DNA from: an uncultured Ruminococcus sp.
Lineage (GTDB): Bacteria; Bacillota; Clostridia; Oscillospirales; CAG-382
Direction: 5' to 3'
Assembly: GCA_964530795.1 (NCBI GenBank)
Contig: CAZHBX010000006.1
Span: 512-64,511 of the forward strand
Length of the DNA stretch: 64,000 bases
A model generated the notes under the pieces. It did not search any database. It worked only from the letters and a program-made list of their open reading frames with translations, and was not told where the DNA came from. The position numbers and the translations under genes were made by a program. Shown here one piece after another: positions 44,674 to 53,457 of this stretch (positions are counted from its first letter, which is position 1; each line of letters begins with the position of its first letter).

Positions 44674-45675
44674 ATGGCAACTTTTGAAGGATACGAGAGA
44701 CGGATTGAAAAGATCAATGCTTGTCTGAAGGAATACAGGCTTTCCTCTCTGGAAGAGGCCAAGGCGCTGTGCGAGAAAAAGGGCGTTGATGCGGACGGCA
44801 TCGTTCGCGGGGTGCAGCCGATCTGCTTTGAGAATGCGGTCTGGGCGTACACGCTCGGCTGTGCGGTCGCCATTCAGAAGGGCTGCAAAAACGCTTCCAA
44901 TGCCGCGGAAGCCATCGGCATCGGTCTGCAGGCGTTCTGCATTCCCGGCTCCGTCGCGGAGACGCGGAAGGTCGGGCTTGGACACGGCAACCTCGGCGCG
45001 ATGCTGTTGCGCGAGGAAACCAAGTGCTTCGCGTTCCTCGCGGGACACGAGTCCTTTGCCGCTGCGGAAGGCGCGATCGGCATCGCCCGCACGGCGAACA
45101 AGGTCCGCAAGGAGCCGCTGCGAGTCATCCTCAACGGTCTCGGCAAGGATGCGGCGATGATCATCTCCCGCATCAATGGGTTCACCTATGTCCAGACGGA
45201 TTACGATTTTAAGACCGGGGAACTGACCATTGTGCGCGAAATCGCATACTCCGACGGCGAAAAGGCGAAGGTTCGCTGCTACGGCGCGAACGACCCGATC
45301 GAGGGTGTAGCGATCATGTGGCACGAGGGCGTGGACGTTTCCATCACCGGCAACTCCACCAACCCGACCCGTTTCCAGCACCTCGTCGCGGGCACCTACA
45401 AGAAAGAATGCGTCGAGCAGGGGAAGAAGTACTTCTCCGTCGCGTCCGGCGGCGGAACGGGCCGCACGCTCCATCCGGACAACGTTGCAGCAGGTCCCGC
45501 GTCCTACGGTCTGACCGACTCGATGGGCCGTATGCACAGCGACGCGCAGTTCGCGGGTTCCTCGTCGGTTCCGGCGCACGTCGAGATGATGGGTCTGATC
45601 GGCATGGGCAACAACCCAATGGTCGGTGCGACCGTCGCTTGTGCCGTCGCGGTTGAAGAAGCGATGAAAAAGTAA
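44674..45675 (+). CDS. GGGtGRT family protein (function unknown)
   Basis: Contains the eponymous motif SGGGTGRTLHPDN. 333 aa, the family-typical length. Confidence 0.8.
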   Translation: MATFEGYERRIEKINACLKEYRLSSLEEAKALCEKKGVDADGIVRGVQPICFENAVWAYTLGCAVAIQKGCKNASNAAEAIGIGLQAFCIPGSVAETRKVGLGHGNLGAMLLREETKCFAFLAGHESFAAAEGAIGIARTANKVRKEPLRVILNGLGKDAAMIISRINGFTYVQTDYDFKTGELTIVREIAYSDGEKAKVRCYGANDPIEGVAIMWHEGVDVSITGNSTNPTRFQHLVAGTYKKECVEQGKKYFSVASGGGTGRTLHPDNVAAGPASYGLTDSMGRMHSDAQFAGSSSVPAHVEMMGLIGMGNNPMVGATVACAVAVEEAMKK

Positions 45676-45693
45676 GCTGTAGCAAGGGTTTTC

Positions 45694-45730
45694 AAGGGTT
45701 TTCCGGGGTTCCCGGAAGCCCTTTCCCTTT
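45694..45730 (+). terminator. terminator-like hairpin after the GGGtGRT gene
   Basis: AAGGGTTTTCCGG / CCGGAAGCCCTT imperfect stem followed by TCCCTTT. Confidence 0.45.
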
Positions 45731-45854
45731 ATCAAAACCCCGTTCAAAGTTCCAATAAAACGGCGTTTTTTGCGTTGAACTCAAAAACGCAACATTTTCG
45801 CAAATTGCAATAGCAAGTTGCAATTTAAATTTTTTGTCTGTTATGTGAAGGAAA

Positions 45855-45890
45855 CGCAAAAAGGCAAGCCCCTTTCGCGGAACTTGCCTT
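45855..45890 (-). terminator. terminator of the GDPD gene
   Basis: On the minus strand, AAGGCAAG..CTTGCCTT stem followed by TTTTGCGTTT. Confidence 0.6.
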
Positions 45891-45907
45891 GCAAAAATAC
45901 GGATCGG

Positions 45908-46642
45908 CTACTCAAGGATATTCGAGGTGATTTGGTCAACGCCCATGGCAATGAGGTTCTGCGCATCCTCCAAGCGATCGACCGTCCAGCAGTTGATAAC
46001 GATCCCCTTCGCGTGCAGATCCTCGACGACCTCCTTGGTCAGGCAGGTGAAGTAGACGTCGAGGTCGATCTTGTGATCCACCAGTTTCTGAATGGTTTCC
46101 GGCTTGACGTCGCAGGTCAGCCACTGGGCGTTCGCCTCCGGCCAGACCTTGCGCAGGTTGAGCAGGTTGTCGAGCGAGAAGGAGATAAAGATGATGTTGT
46201 TTTCGTATTCGAACGAACGAATGACGTCGAGCACTTCCTTCGCCTGCTCCTCGGTATAGCCGCCCTTAAATTCCAGCACGCCAACCTTGCCGTAGCGCTT
46301 GCAAATCTTGATGTACTCCTGAAGGGACGGCATCATCAGATCGCCCCGGTCGAACGTGTTGTCGCTGTCCATATACTGCAAACGGCGCAGGGACTGGAAG
46401 GTCGAGACCTCGGGGACGAGCTTGTCAACGCAGTTGCGGGCGGTGTCGTCATCGTGGCAGAGCACAAAATGCCCGTCGCAGGTCTTACGAACGTCGGTCT
46501 CGATACCGAAATAGCTGCGGTTGCCCGCCGCAACAAAGGCGGAACAGGTGTTCTCCCGCTCAATGCCGGAAAGCCCGCGGTGCGCGACGATCTTGGTCTT
46601 GCCGTGGTTGGAAATTTTAATTGTATCCATCATTTCTAACAT
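45908..46642 (-). CDS. glycerophosphodiester phosphodiesterase family protein
   Basis: VAHRGLSGIERENTCSAF..GIETDVRKTCDGHFVLCHDDD, the GDPD catalytic His/Glu/Asp pattern. Confidence 0.85.
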   Translation of the reverse strand: MLEMMDTIKISNHGKTKIVAHRGLSGIERENTCSAFVAAGNRSYFGIETDVRKTCDGHFVLCHDDDTARNCVDKLVPEVSTFQSLRRLQYMDSDNTFDRGDLMMPSLQEYIKICKRYGKVGVLEFKGGYTEEQAKEVLDVIRSFEYENNIIFISFSLDNLLNLRKVWPEANAQWLTCDVKPETIQKLVDHKIDLDVYFTCLTKEVVEDLHAKGIVINCWTVDRLEDAQNLIAMGVDQITSNILE

Positions 46643-46763
46643 GCACTCCTAACGGTATGGATTAGAATTCGGTCTCCCAGATCCTACCTTCAGTATACCC
46701 CCATGGAAAGGAAATGTCAACCCCGTTTTCGCCGTTTTCTGCGTCAAAACAGGAAAAAACAGG

Positions 46764-47702
46764 TCACTTTTTCGAATGCTGCTGGTCGGCATAGAACCGC
46801 TCGAACGCGTATCCGTCGAAGCCAGGGTCCTCCTCGCGCAGATCAGAAAGCAGCGCTTCCTTGCCGTCCGTCTCCTTCGACTTCTTCCCGGCGAGCATGA
46901 TCTTGACGCCCATCGTCATCTCCGGAACGGAGACGAGGTCGTTTGGTTTGTCCTCCAGCCACGCGCAGACGTGTTTGAGCATCGCCTCATACAGCTTGTT
47001 GACGTCGAGTTTATAGGCGAAGCTGGTCTTATTTGTCATCACCAGCGCCGTCGACGGCTGCCAGCCCTTCAGACAGATGTGGTAGCAGGCGGTCGCCCCG
47101 GAGGCGAAACGGACGAAATAAGAGTCCGTCGGAACATCCCCGACAAGACCGGAGCCGATGTAGCGACAGGAAACGGCTTGGTCCCCCTTCAGGAAGCCAA
47201 GGATGGATTCGATGGAATGGATTGCGTAGTTGAATTCATCCACGCCGACCATCGTCGAAACGTGCAAAATCTGCCCGCGCTCCTCGGCGGGAACGGCGAA
47301 AAAACTGTCCCTCTCGTAAGTATAGCGCATCGCGGAGGTGCCAAGAATGACCTTCCCGCTCTCCGCAAGGGACTCAAGCGTGCGACAGTCCCGCAGATTG
47401 CCGACGATGGGCTTATCGATGAACACCGGAACCCCCGCGTCGAGAAAGGGCTTCGCCATTTCGATGTGACGGTCCCAGTTGCAGCTCTGGATGAAGGCGA
47501 TGTCAATATGTTTGGCCATTTCCGCAAGGTCGGTATAGCGCTTTTCGAGGTGGAATTTCTCCATGAAAGCGTCGACTTCCTCGTCTGTGCGAAAGCCGTC
47601 GTTGTAGATGGCGGTGTAGCGGGCGACGTTTCCCTGCAGGAGAATTTCCGCGAAGGATGGCGCGTGCGACGTGTCGATATTGACGGTTCCGATTCTGTAC
47701 AT
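46764..47702 (-). CDS. Gfo/Idh/MocA-like protein with a degenerate dinucleotide-binding motif
   Basis: FIDKPIVGNLRDCRTLESLAESGKVILGTSAMRY resembles the EKP..R region of the family. The N-terminus RIGTVNIDTSHAPSF lacks GxGxxG. Confidence 0.5.
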   Translation of the reverse strand: MYRIGTVNIDTSHAPSFAEILLQGNVARYTAIYNDGFRTDEEVDAFMEKFHLEKRYTDLAEMAKHIDIAFIQSCNWDRHIEMAKPFLDAGVPVFIDKPIVGNLRDCRTLESLAESGKVILGTSAMRYTYERDSFFAVPAEERGQILHVSTMVGVDEFNYAIHSIESILGFLKGDQAVSCRYIGSGLVGDVPTDSYFVRFASGATACYHICLKGWQPSTALVMTNKTSFAYKLDVNKLYEAMLKHVCAWLEDKPNDLVSVPEMTMGVKIMLAGKKSKETDGKEALLSDLREEDPGFDGYAFERFYADQQHSKK

Positions 47703-47815
47703 TTTTTACGCCCCTTTCAAAGGTTTCCGAGTGCATTGTAGCATACTTTTTCATGCATTGCAAGGGGGTAACGCGAAAAAACTGCGGACTTTCCGCAGCT
47801 TTTTCGGATGATTTT

Positions 47816-50029
47816 TTAGTACAGCCGCACGGCGCAGACGGACATATCGTCTGCACAGGAGGACTGCGTGCGGGCGGCGGTCAGCACAGCCGACGCGACG
47901 GCGTGGGCATTGCCCGCGGACGCCATGGGAAACCGATTCGCCTCTGCGCGGAGCGATGCGGAGGAGTCGCCGACCTGCAGCACCCCGTCCGAAAGAATCA
48001 GCAGCATATCCCCCTTACGGACGCGGAAGGTCCGCTTTTCGGCGATGATGTCGCGCATGATGCCGGCGGGTGGAGTCTTAGATTCGAACCGGCGGCAGAT
48101 GCCGTCGCGGAACAGCAGCGTCGGCGCGGCGCCTGCCTTGATGAGCGTGGCGGTGCAGGTGTAGCGATCGATTTCAAGCAGGTCGATCGTGGCGAAGACC
48201 TCCTTTTCCTTCTGCTGAAGCGCCTTGTTGACCATCTGCAAAGCGTCGGCCTTGTCCGCCCCGACGGTCAGCAGTTTTTCGAGCATGATTGCCGCGAGAC
48301 GGGAACTGAGTGCCGCGTCTCGCCCGGACCCCATCCCGTCCGACAGCAGGCAGTAGAAGTAGCCGTCGTCGGTCTCAAAGAAGGACACCGTATCCCCGCT
48401 GACCTTTTCACCCATCTTCGAGGCTGTGCACTTGGCGTACTCCACACGCAATCTCGGCACCGAGGTCAGCTTCATGACCGCATACTCCCCGCCAAGCAGA
48501 AATTCCGGCTCGGACAAGTTCGTCCCGACCTGCTCCGACAGCGTCGCGGAGATGCGGGCGGGGGAGGCGGAAACTTCGCTTAGGCGCACACCGAACACCT
48601 CGACGGTCCGCAGGCGGGTTCCGGTCACGCGGACTCCGTCGCAGGGAATCTTCATCTCCCGCAGGGAATCTCGTACCTTTACGGCGGCCGCCTTGTCGTT
48701 CACCCGCGACGCTTCCTCCCGCCGCGCGGCGGAATCGAGGAGAGAGGAGAGGTTCGCATACTCCGCGGCCATACGGCGGATCCCCTTTTCACTCTCCTTT
48801 TCGCGCAGGGTCGGCAGGTTATTAACCGTTTTCGCCATGGCGCGGATGCTCGGGCATCGGCGGGAGATGTGTAGCGGCAGGTCGGGGATGTGGATGACCC
48901 CCTGCTCCCGCATCCGATCGACAAAGCAGTTGCAGATCTCGCTTTCGTCGAGATCGCAGCCCTCGCAGTTGCGGCAGAAAGCCCGCACGACGGTCTGAAT
49001 GCCCTGTACGGTCTGATCGACGCTTTGCGGGGCGGCGTTTTCGGAAACCGTGTAAAAAAGCCCCGAGAGCGAAGAGAAGGCCGCCGCGTACTTCTCGAGT
49101 CGAAGATCCTTCACCTTCAGCGGGGCCGCCGCAGGCGGGAGCTTCTTCGGAACGTACTTCTGCAACGGCAGGAAACAGGCGCAGGCGAGCAGCAGCAATC
49201 CCGCCGCCGGCAGGACCGTCGCACTGTCGGCGAGGTACCAGTAGCCGGAAACCGAAATCATGTACGCCAGCAGCAACGCGAGTACCTCCGAACCCGGCAC
49301 GAGCAGTCCATAGGTGATGCCGACCACTCCGAGCGCACCCGTCGCCGCCCCGCCCGCGGTCAGCCCGCAAAGCAACCCCGTCACGCAGCCGAACGCGAAC
49401 CCCTTGTTCCGCGCCCCGCACAGCGTGAACAACGCTCCGGCCGTCAGGGCAAGCGGTGCGCCGAGTACCGAAAAAGGACGCAGTACCTGCGTGAGCGCGA
49501 AGGCCCCGCCGAGCAGCGACAGGTCGTAGAACCGCCCCTGCTGTAGAAACTGACAGAATAACCAACAGAATGCGGGAATGCTAACCGAAAGCCCCGCCGT
49601 CATGACGATCTGTGCCGGGTTCTCCGCGGTAAGCAGGCTCCCGACCGCCGTGAATAACGCCGCCGATGACGCAAACAGCATTCGGAGCGGATTCGACGTC
49701 GGTTTATCCGCTTTTGCAAACGAAAGCATCTCGCGCAGTTTCGCCTTTCCTTTCTTGCCGCTCCCCCGCTTCTCCGCCGCGCACAGCGCAAGGAAACACC
49801 CGAGCAGGCAGACGAGCAGCGTCAGCTTCCCCGATCTGCAAAACGGCGTCGCCGCGACACAGCCGAGCAGAATCGCCGGGCGGCACTTCTCCGAAGCGCA
49901 GAGCAGCGCGACGCCGAACGGGTGAATCCCTTCCGTCAGCGACGCGCAGGAGAGCAGAAAGCCGCCGGAAAAGGCGAGCAACTCCTCCCTTTTTTCCACG
50001 AGTTTCCGTTTCACCACCGAAAAATCCAT
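47816..50029 (-). CDS. spoIIE: stage II sporulation protein E (PP2C phosphatase with a polytopic N-terminal domain)
   Basis: About 10 TM helices, then a central domain and a C-terminal PP2C domain (GDTVSFF..LSDGMGSG..LSDGV..DDMSV). Start set at ATG 50029 (MDFSVVKRK..); upstream codons of the ORF are non-coding. Confidence 0.85.
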   Translation of the reverse strand: MDFSVVKRKLVEKREELLAFSGGFLLSCASLTEGIHPFGVALLCASEKCRPAILLGCVAATPFCRSGKLTLLVCLLGCFLALCAAEKRGSGKKGKAKLREMLSFAKADKPTSNPLRMLFASSAALFTAVGSLLTAENPAQIVMTAGLSVSIPAFCWLFCQFLQQGRFYDLSLLGGAFALTQVLRPFSVLGAPLALTAGALFTLCGARNKGFAFGCVTGLLCGLTAGGAATGALGVVGITYGLLVPGSEVLALLLAYMISVSGYWYLADSATVLPAAGLLLLACACFLPLQKYVPKKLPPAAAPLKVKDLRLEKYAAAFSSLSGLFYTVSENAAPQSVDQTVQGIQTVVRAFCRNCEGCDLDESEICNCFVDRMREQGVIHIPDLPLHISRRCPSIRAMAKTVNNLPTLREKESEKGIRRMAAEYANLSSLLDSAARREEASRVNDKAAAVKVRDSLREMKIPCDGVRVTGTRLRTVEVFGVRLSEVSASPARISATLSEQVGTNLSEPEFLLGGEYAVMKLTSVPRLRVEYAKCTASKMGEKVSGDTVSFFETDDGYFYCLLSDGMGSGRDAALSSRLAAIMLEKLLTVGADKADALQMVNKALQQKEKEVFATIDLLEIDRYTCTATLIKAGAAPTLLFRDGICRRFESKTPPAGIMRDIIAEKRTFRVRKGDMLLILSDGVLQVGDSSASLRAEANRFPMASAGNAHAVASAVLTAARTQSSCADDMSVCAVRLY

Positions 50030-50093
50030 AAACGTCTTTCCCCTTTTCCATTCTTTTTTTGCCGACGGGAGTTGTCCCGTGGCGGTATGTTCG

Positions 50094-50127
50094 ATTATAC
50101 GACGGATGGTCGGCGGGGTGTGTCGAA
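50094..50127 (-). promoter_or_regulatory. spoIIE promoter candidate: TATAAT -10 with a perfect Spo0A box (TGTCGAA / TTCGACA) 21 nt upstream
   Basis: ATTATA at 50094-50099 and TGTCGAA at 50121-50127, read on the plus strand. The long spacer resembles Spo0A-activated spoIIE/spoIIG promoters of B. subtilis. Confidence 0.45.
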
Positions 50128-50186
50128 GGGACGGAACGGTTTTTCTGTTCTTTTGCACTCTTTTTGCCGGTTTCGGCTTTTGCCGG

Positions 50187-50219
50187 AAAAAAAGTCCCGC
50201 GTTTGTAAAAGACGCGGGA
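50187..50219 (-). terminator. terminator of the aldo/keto reductase gene
   Basis: On the minus strand, TCCCGCGT..ACGCGGGA stem followed by CTTTTTTT. Confidence 0.7.
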
Positions 50220-50255
50220 ACGTTTGGTTTCAAATGAACTTTTTGCGGGATACGG

Positions 50256-51281
50256 TTAAACGGAAGCCTTCCCTGCCAGAATGCGCTGATAATCCTCGAA
50301 ATTCCGCAACAGAAGGGCGGGCGTGTCCAGCCCGTAAGGGCACTTCGACGTGCAGTGTCCACAATGTACGCAGTCTGCGACCTTTTGCATCATCGCCCGG
50401 CTTTCCGGGGTCAGCCAGCCGGCGGACGGACTGCGGCGAATGAGCTGAGACATCCGGGCACAGGTACTGATCTGGATCCCCTGCGGGCAGGGCATACAGT
50501 ACCCGCAGGCCCGACAGAAGTCGCCCTGCAGTTCCCTGCGGTCCCTTTCGATGGCGGCTCTCAGATCGCCCGTCAGTTCCGGCGGGGTTTCGCCGTAGGA
50601 GAGGAATTCCTCAAGCTCTTTCATTCGCTGGATGCCCCAGATCGGAAGGACGTTTCCGAACTGCGCCATCCACGCGTAGGCGGCTTTCGCGTTCGTCAGC
50701 AGTCCGCCGGAAAGCCCCTTCATCGCGATGAACCCGACCTGCTTTTCCGCACACAGGCGGACCAGTGCGAGGTCCGGTTCTGACGCGAGGTGGCAGAACG
50801 GAAATTGCAACGTCTCGTACAGTCCGGAACGGACCGCCTCCTCCGCCGTGCGCAAACGGTGGTTGGTGATGCCGATGTGGCGGATCATTCCCTGCGTCTT
50901 CGCTTCGAGCATTGCTTCGTACAGTCCGCTGCCGTCACCGGGTTTGGGGACGGATACGGGGTTGTGGAACTGGTAGAGGTCGATATAATCTGTGCGCAGG
51001 TTCCGCAGGGATTCGTGCAGGTCCCGCCAGAAGCCGTCGGTGTCTTTGGATGCGGTCTTGGTCGCGATGAAGATATGCTCCCGCGCGTCCGCAAGGGCAA
51101 GGCCGATCTTGCGTTCGCTGTCCGAATAGGCACGGGCGGTATCGAAGAAGGTAATCCCCGCTTCGTACGCCCTGCGAAGCAAGGCGCAGGCGTCCTGCTC
51201 CGAAATGCGCTGGATTGGCAGGGCGCCGAAGCCGTTTTTCGGCACGGTGATGCCGGTTTTCCCGAGGGTGACGGTTTGCAT
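50256..51281 (-). CDS. aldo/keto reductase with a C-terminal 4Fe-4S ferredoxin-type extension
   Basis: AKR core (GFGALPIQR..FFDTARAYSDSE..) plus CRACGYCMPCP and CVHCGHCTSKCP cysteine clusters. Confidence 0.85.
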   Translation of the reverse strand: MQTVTLGKTGITVPKNGFGALPIQRISEQDACALLRRAYEAGITFFDTARAYSDSERKIGLALADAREHIFIATKTASKDTDGFWRDLHESLRNLRTDYIDLYQFHNPVSVPKPGDGSGLYEAMLEAKTQGMIRHIGITNHRLRTAEEAVRSGLYETLQFPFCHLASEPDLALVRLCAEKQVGFIAMKGLSGGLLTNAKAAYAWMAQFGNVLPIWGIQRMKELEEFLSYGETPPELTGDLRAAIERDRRELQGDFCRACGYCMPCPQGIQISTCARMSQLIRRSPSAGWLTPESRAMMQKVADCVHCGHCTSKCPYGLDTPALLLRNFEDYQRILAGKASV

Positions 51282-51358
51282 GAAAAATTCCTCCCTTTTT
51301 TAATGATTTACAGAAAACGGAGGCGGACGCCTTGCACCCGCCTCTCGCGCAAACGAAA

Positions 51359-51961
51359 TCAGTCCTCTTTGGCGAACGCGCAGATAATGTCCGCCGTTTT
51401 CTCCGTCCCGAGTACGCCGCTGTTGAGCAGCATATCGTAATTCCGGCGTGCGCCCCAGATGCTGTCGGTGAATTCCTCGTAATGGCGAGCACGGCGCTTA
51501 TCCGACTGCGTCATCAGCTTTTCCGCCTTTGATGGGTCCTCGCCATACTCCTCGACGATGCGCTTGAGGCGGGATTTCTTGTCCGCGTAGATGAAGATGC
51601 GCAGGACGTCCGGGCGGCCGCGCAGGATATAGTCCGCGCACCGGCCGACGATGACGCACGGGGACTCAGCGAACTTCAGGATTACGTCCCGCTGCGCGAG
51701 GAAGACCTGCGTGTTCAAGTCCAGCGGCGCGCCGGTCTGGTTGACATAGCCATAGCTCGTGCCGATGGCGAGGTCGTAAAGGAAGGAGCGGGTGACAATT
51801 TGATCGTTTTCCTCGATCGCCTCCACGGCCAGCCCGGAGTGTTTCGCGGCTTCGTCTACCAGCTCGCGGTCGTAATACGGGATCCCAAGCCTTTGTGCGA
51901 CCAACTTGCCGATGGTTCGCCCGCCACTGCCGTATTCGCGACCGATGGTGATAATTTTCAT
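51359..51961 (-). CDS. cytidylate kinase-like family protein (function unknown)
   Basis: MKIITIGREYGSGGRTIGKLVAQRLGIPYYDRELV, the typical Cytidylate_kin2 N-terminus. Confidence 0.75.
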   Translation of the reverse strand: MKIITIGREYGSGGRTIGKLVAQRLGIPYYDRELVDEAAKHSGLAVEAIEENDQIVTRSFLYDLAIGTSYGYVNQTGAPLDLNTQVFLAQRDVILKFAESPCVIVGRCADYILRGRPDVLRIFIYADKKSRLKRIVEEYGEDPSKAEKLMTQSDKRRARHYEEFTDSIWGARRNYDMLLNSGVLGTEKTADIICAFAKED

Positions 51962-52122
51962 AGAAATGACCATTCCCTTCATTGTATTCTGGCATGTACA
52001 GTATAGCACCCCTTTTTCCGTTTGTCAATGAAAAAGGGGTCATTCTATAGAAAAATCGCATCTTATACGTAAAGAGAATTCGTTTTTTATACCATTTTGC
52101 CGAAAAACCAAGGCAACTGACC

Positions 52123-52812
52123 TCAGTGGAAGGCCGCGTTCTTCAGCATCGGGCGGCACTTTTCGCCGGATACGATGTAGTGCTCAAGAAGCTTAATCCC
52201 CCGCATCTTCAGGGATAGACGAACTTTTTCAGTCGAAGTCCAATCCTCCTCTGACGGCTCAAGGATGCCGTTCGGGTGGTTGTGGGCGAGCAGGACCGAC
52301 ACGGCGCCGAGGTGGGTCGCCGTGTCGATGATCGGGTCTAGAAGAAACTGCGCGGAATTCCCGTCGCCGACGATGCATTTCCGGGAAAGCAGGGAGCCGG
52401 ATTTATCTAGGTAAAAGATGATGAGATGCTCGTTGCCGAACCCGCGGAACTGAGACGGCAGATAGGTTTCGAGGAAGCGGGGATCCGAAAAGAAGATCCG
52501 GGCGGACAGGTAAAGCGAACGACTGAGCAGGTGCTGCAGGAGGGAAAAGAAGCACTCCGTCCCTGCCGACAGCTTAGCGACCGAGCGAATCTCTTCCGGC
52601 GACGCAAGCAGGACGCTCTCGAGACAGCCAAAATGGTCAATGAGCGACTTCGCGAGGTCCGCCGTGTCCACGCGAGGGACCGAGTAGTACAGCAGGATCT
52701 CCATCAGCTCGTACTCCGTCAGCGCGTCCGGCCCGACTTTCGCCATGTACTCCCGCATCCGCCGGCGGTGCCCTTCGTGGGGCCTGGGTTCCCGCGAAGT
52801 CTTTTTTGCCAT
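52123..52812 (-). CDS. radC: RadC-family JAB/MPN domain protein
   Basis: The N-terminal region has the position and length of the RadC helix-hairpin-helix domain. The JAMM-like motif LLAHNHPNGILEPSEED is present. Confidence 0.85.
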   Translation of the reverse strand: MAKKTSREPRPHEGHRRRMREYMAKVGPDALTEYELMEILLYYSVPRVDTADLAKSLIDHFGCLESVLLASPEEIRSVAKLSAGTECFFSLLQHLLSRSLYLSARIFFSDPRFLETYLPSQFRGFGNEHLIIFYLDKSGSLLSRKCIVGDGNSAQFLLDPIIDTATHLGAVSVLLAHNHPNGILEPSEEDWTSTEKVRLSLKMRGIKLLEHYIVSGEKCRPMLKNAAFH

Positions 52813-52816
52813 GGCG

Positions 52817-53455
52817 TCAACCTCCGTTTTCTTCCTGTGGATTTTTCGCTTCGAGCTGTTTTTTAATAACCTTCTGGCGGGCGAATTCCTCCCGTTCCTT
52901 CTCCGAAAGCGTTTCCGTAATGACGGCGATGGCCTCGGTGTAGCGGGGAATCATGATGTTTTTGAGAGCGTTTGCGCGCTTCTGCGTCTTGCGAATGCCC
53001 TCCGCGAGGCGGTAGACCCCGCTTTCAAGCTCTGCGAGCTGCACCGTCAGCTTTCGGGCCTCGTTGAATTTCAGGTACGCGACGTCGAGGTTGACGTCGG
53101 TCCGGTGAAATCCGCCCGGAGCGGACGGCGGAACGTACTCGTCCCGCACCGATGGGATCTCCACCCCCATGACGCTTCGCCCGGACAGGCGAAGCGAATC
53201 GTCGAGCGGGACAGATACGGCGATCTCATCAACGATGCCGAGCAGGATGTTGGAACGGCGAAGGGCATCGTACGCCTCTTGGTAAGTCTGCCGGATGCGC
53301 ATCTGGATGTCTTGCGCACGGTCGATCATGCCGAGAGTCTCGCGGATGAGGATGTTGCGCTTGCGGTCAAGTAACTCGTAGCCGTTCTCCGCGAGCGCGA
53401 GCGTACGCTTGAGCCGCAGCAGGTTGCTTTTGGTCGCGACGATCTGTTCCGCCAT
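52817..53455 (-). CDS. ntpD: V/A-type ATPase subunit D
   Basis: ATKSNLLRLKRTLALAENGYELLDRKRNILI, the subunit D signature. ATG 53455 is preferred over TTG 53461 on RBS spacing. Confidence 0.85.
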   Translation of the reverse strand: MAEQIVATKSNLLRLKRTLALAENGYELLDRKRNILIRETLGMIDRAQDIQMRIRQTYQEAYDALRRSNILLGIVDEIAVSVPLDDSLRLSGRSVMGVEIPSVRDEYVPPSAPGGFHRTDVNLDVAYLKFNEARKLTVQLAELESGVYRLAEGIRKTQKRANALKNIMIPRYTEAIAVITETLSEKEREEFARQKVIKKQLEAKNPQEENGG

Positions 53456-53457
53456 GT

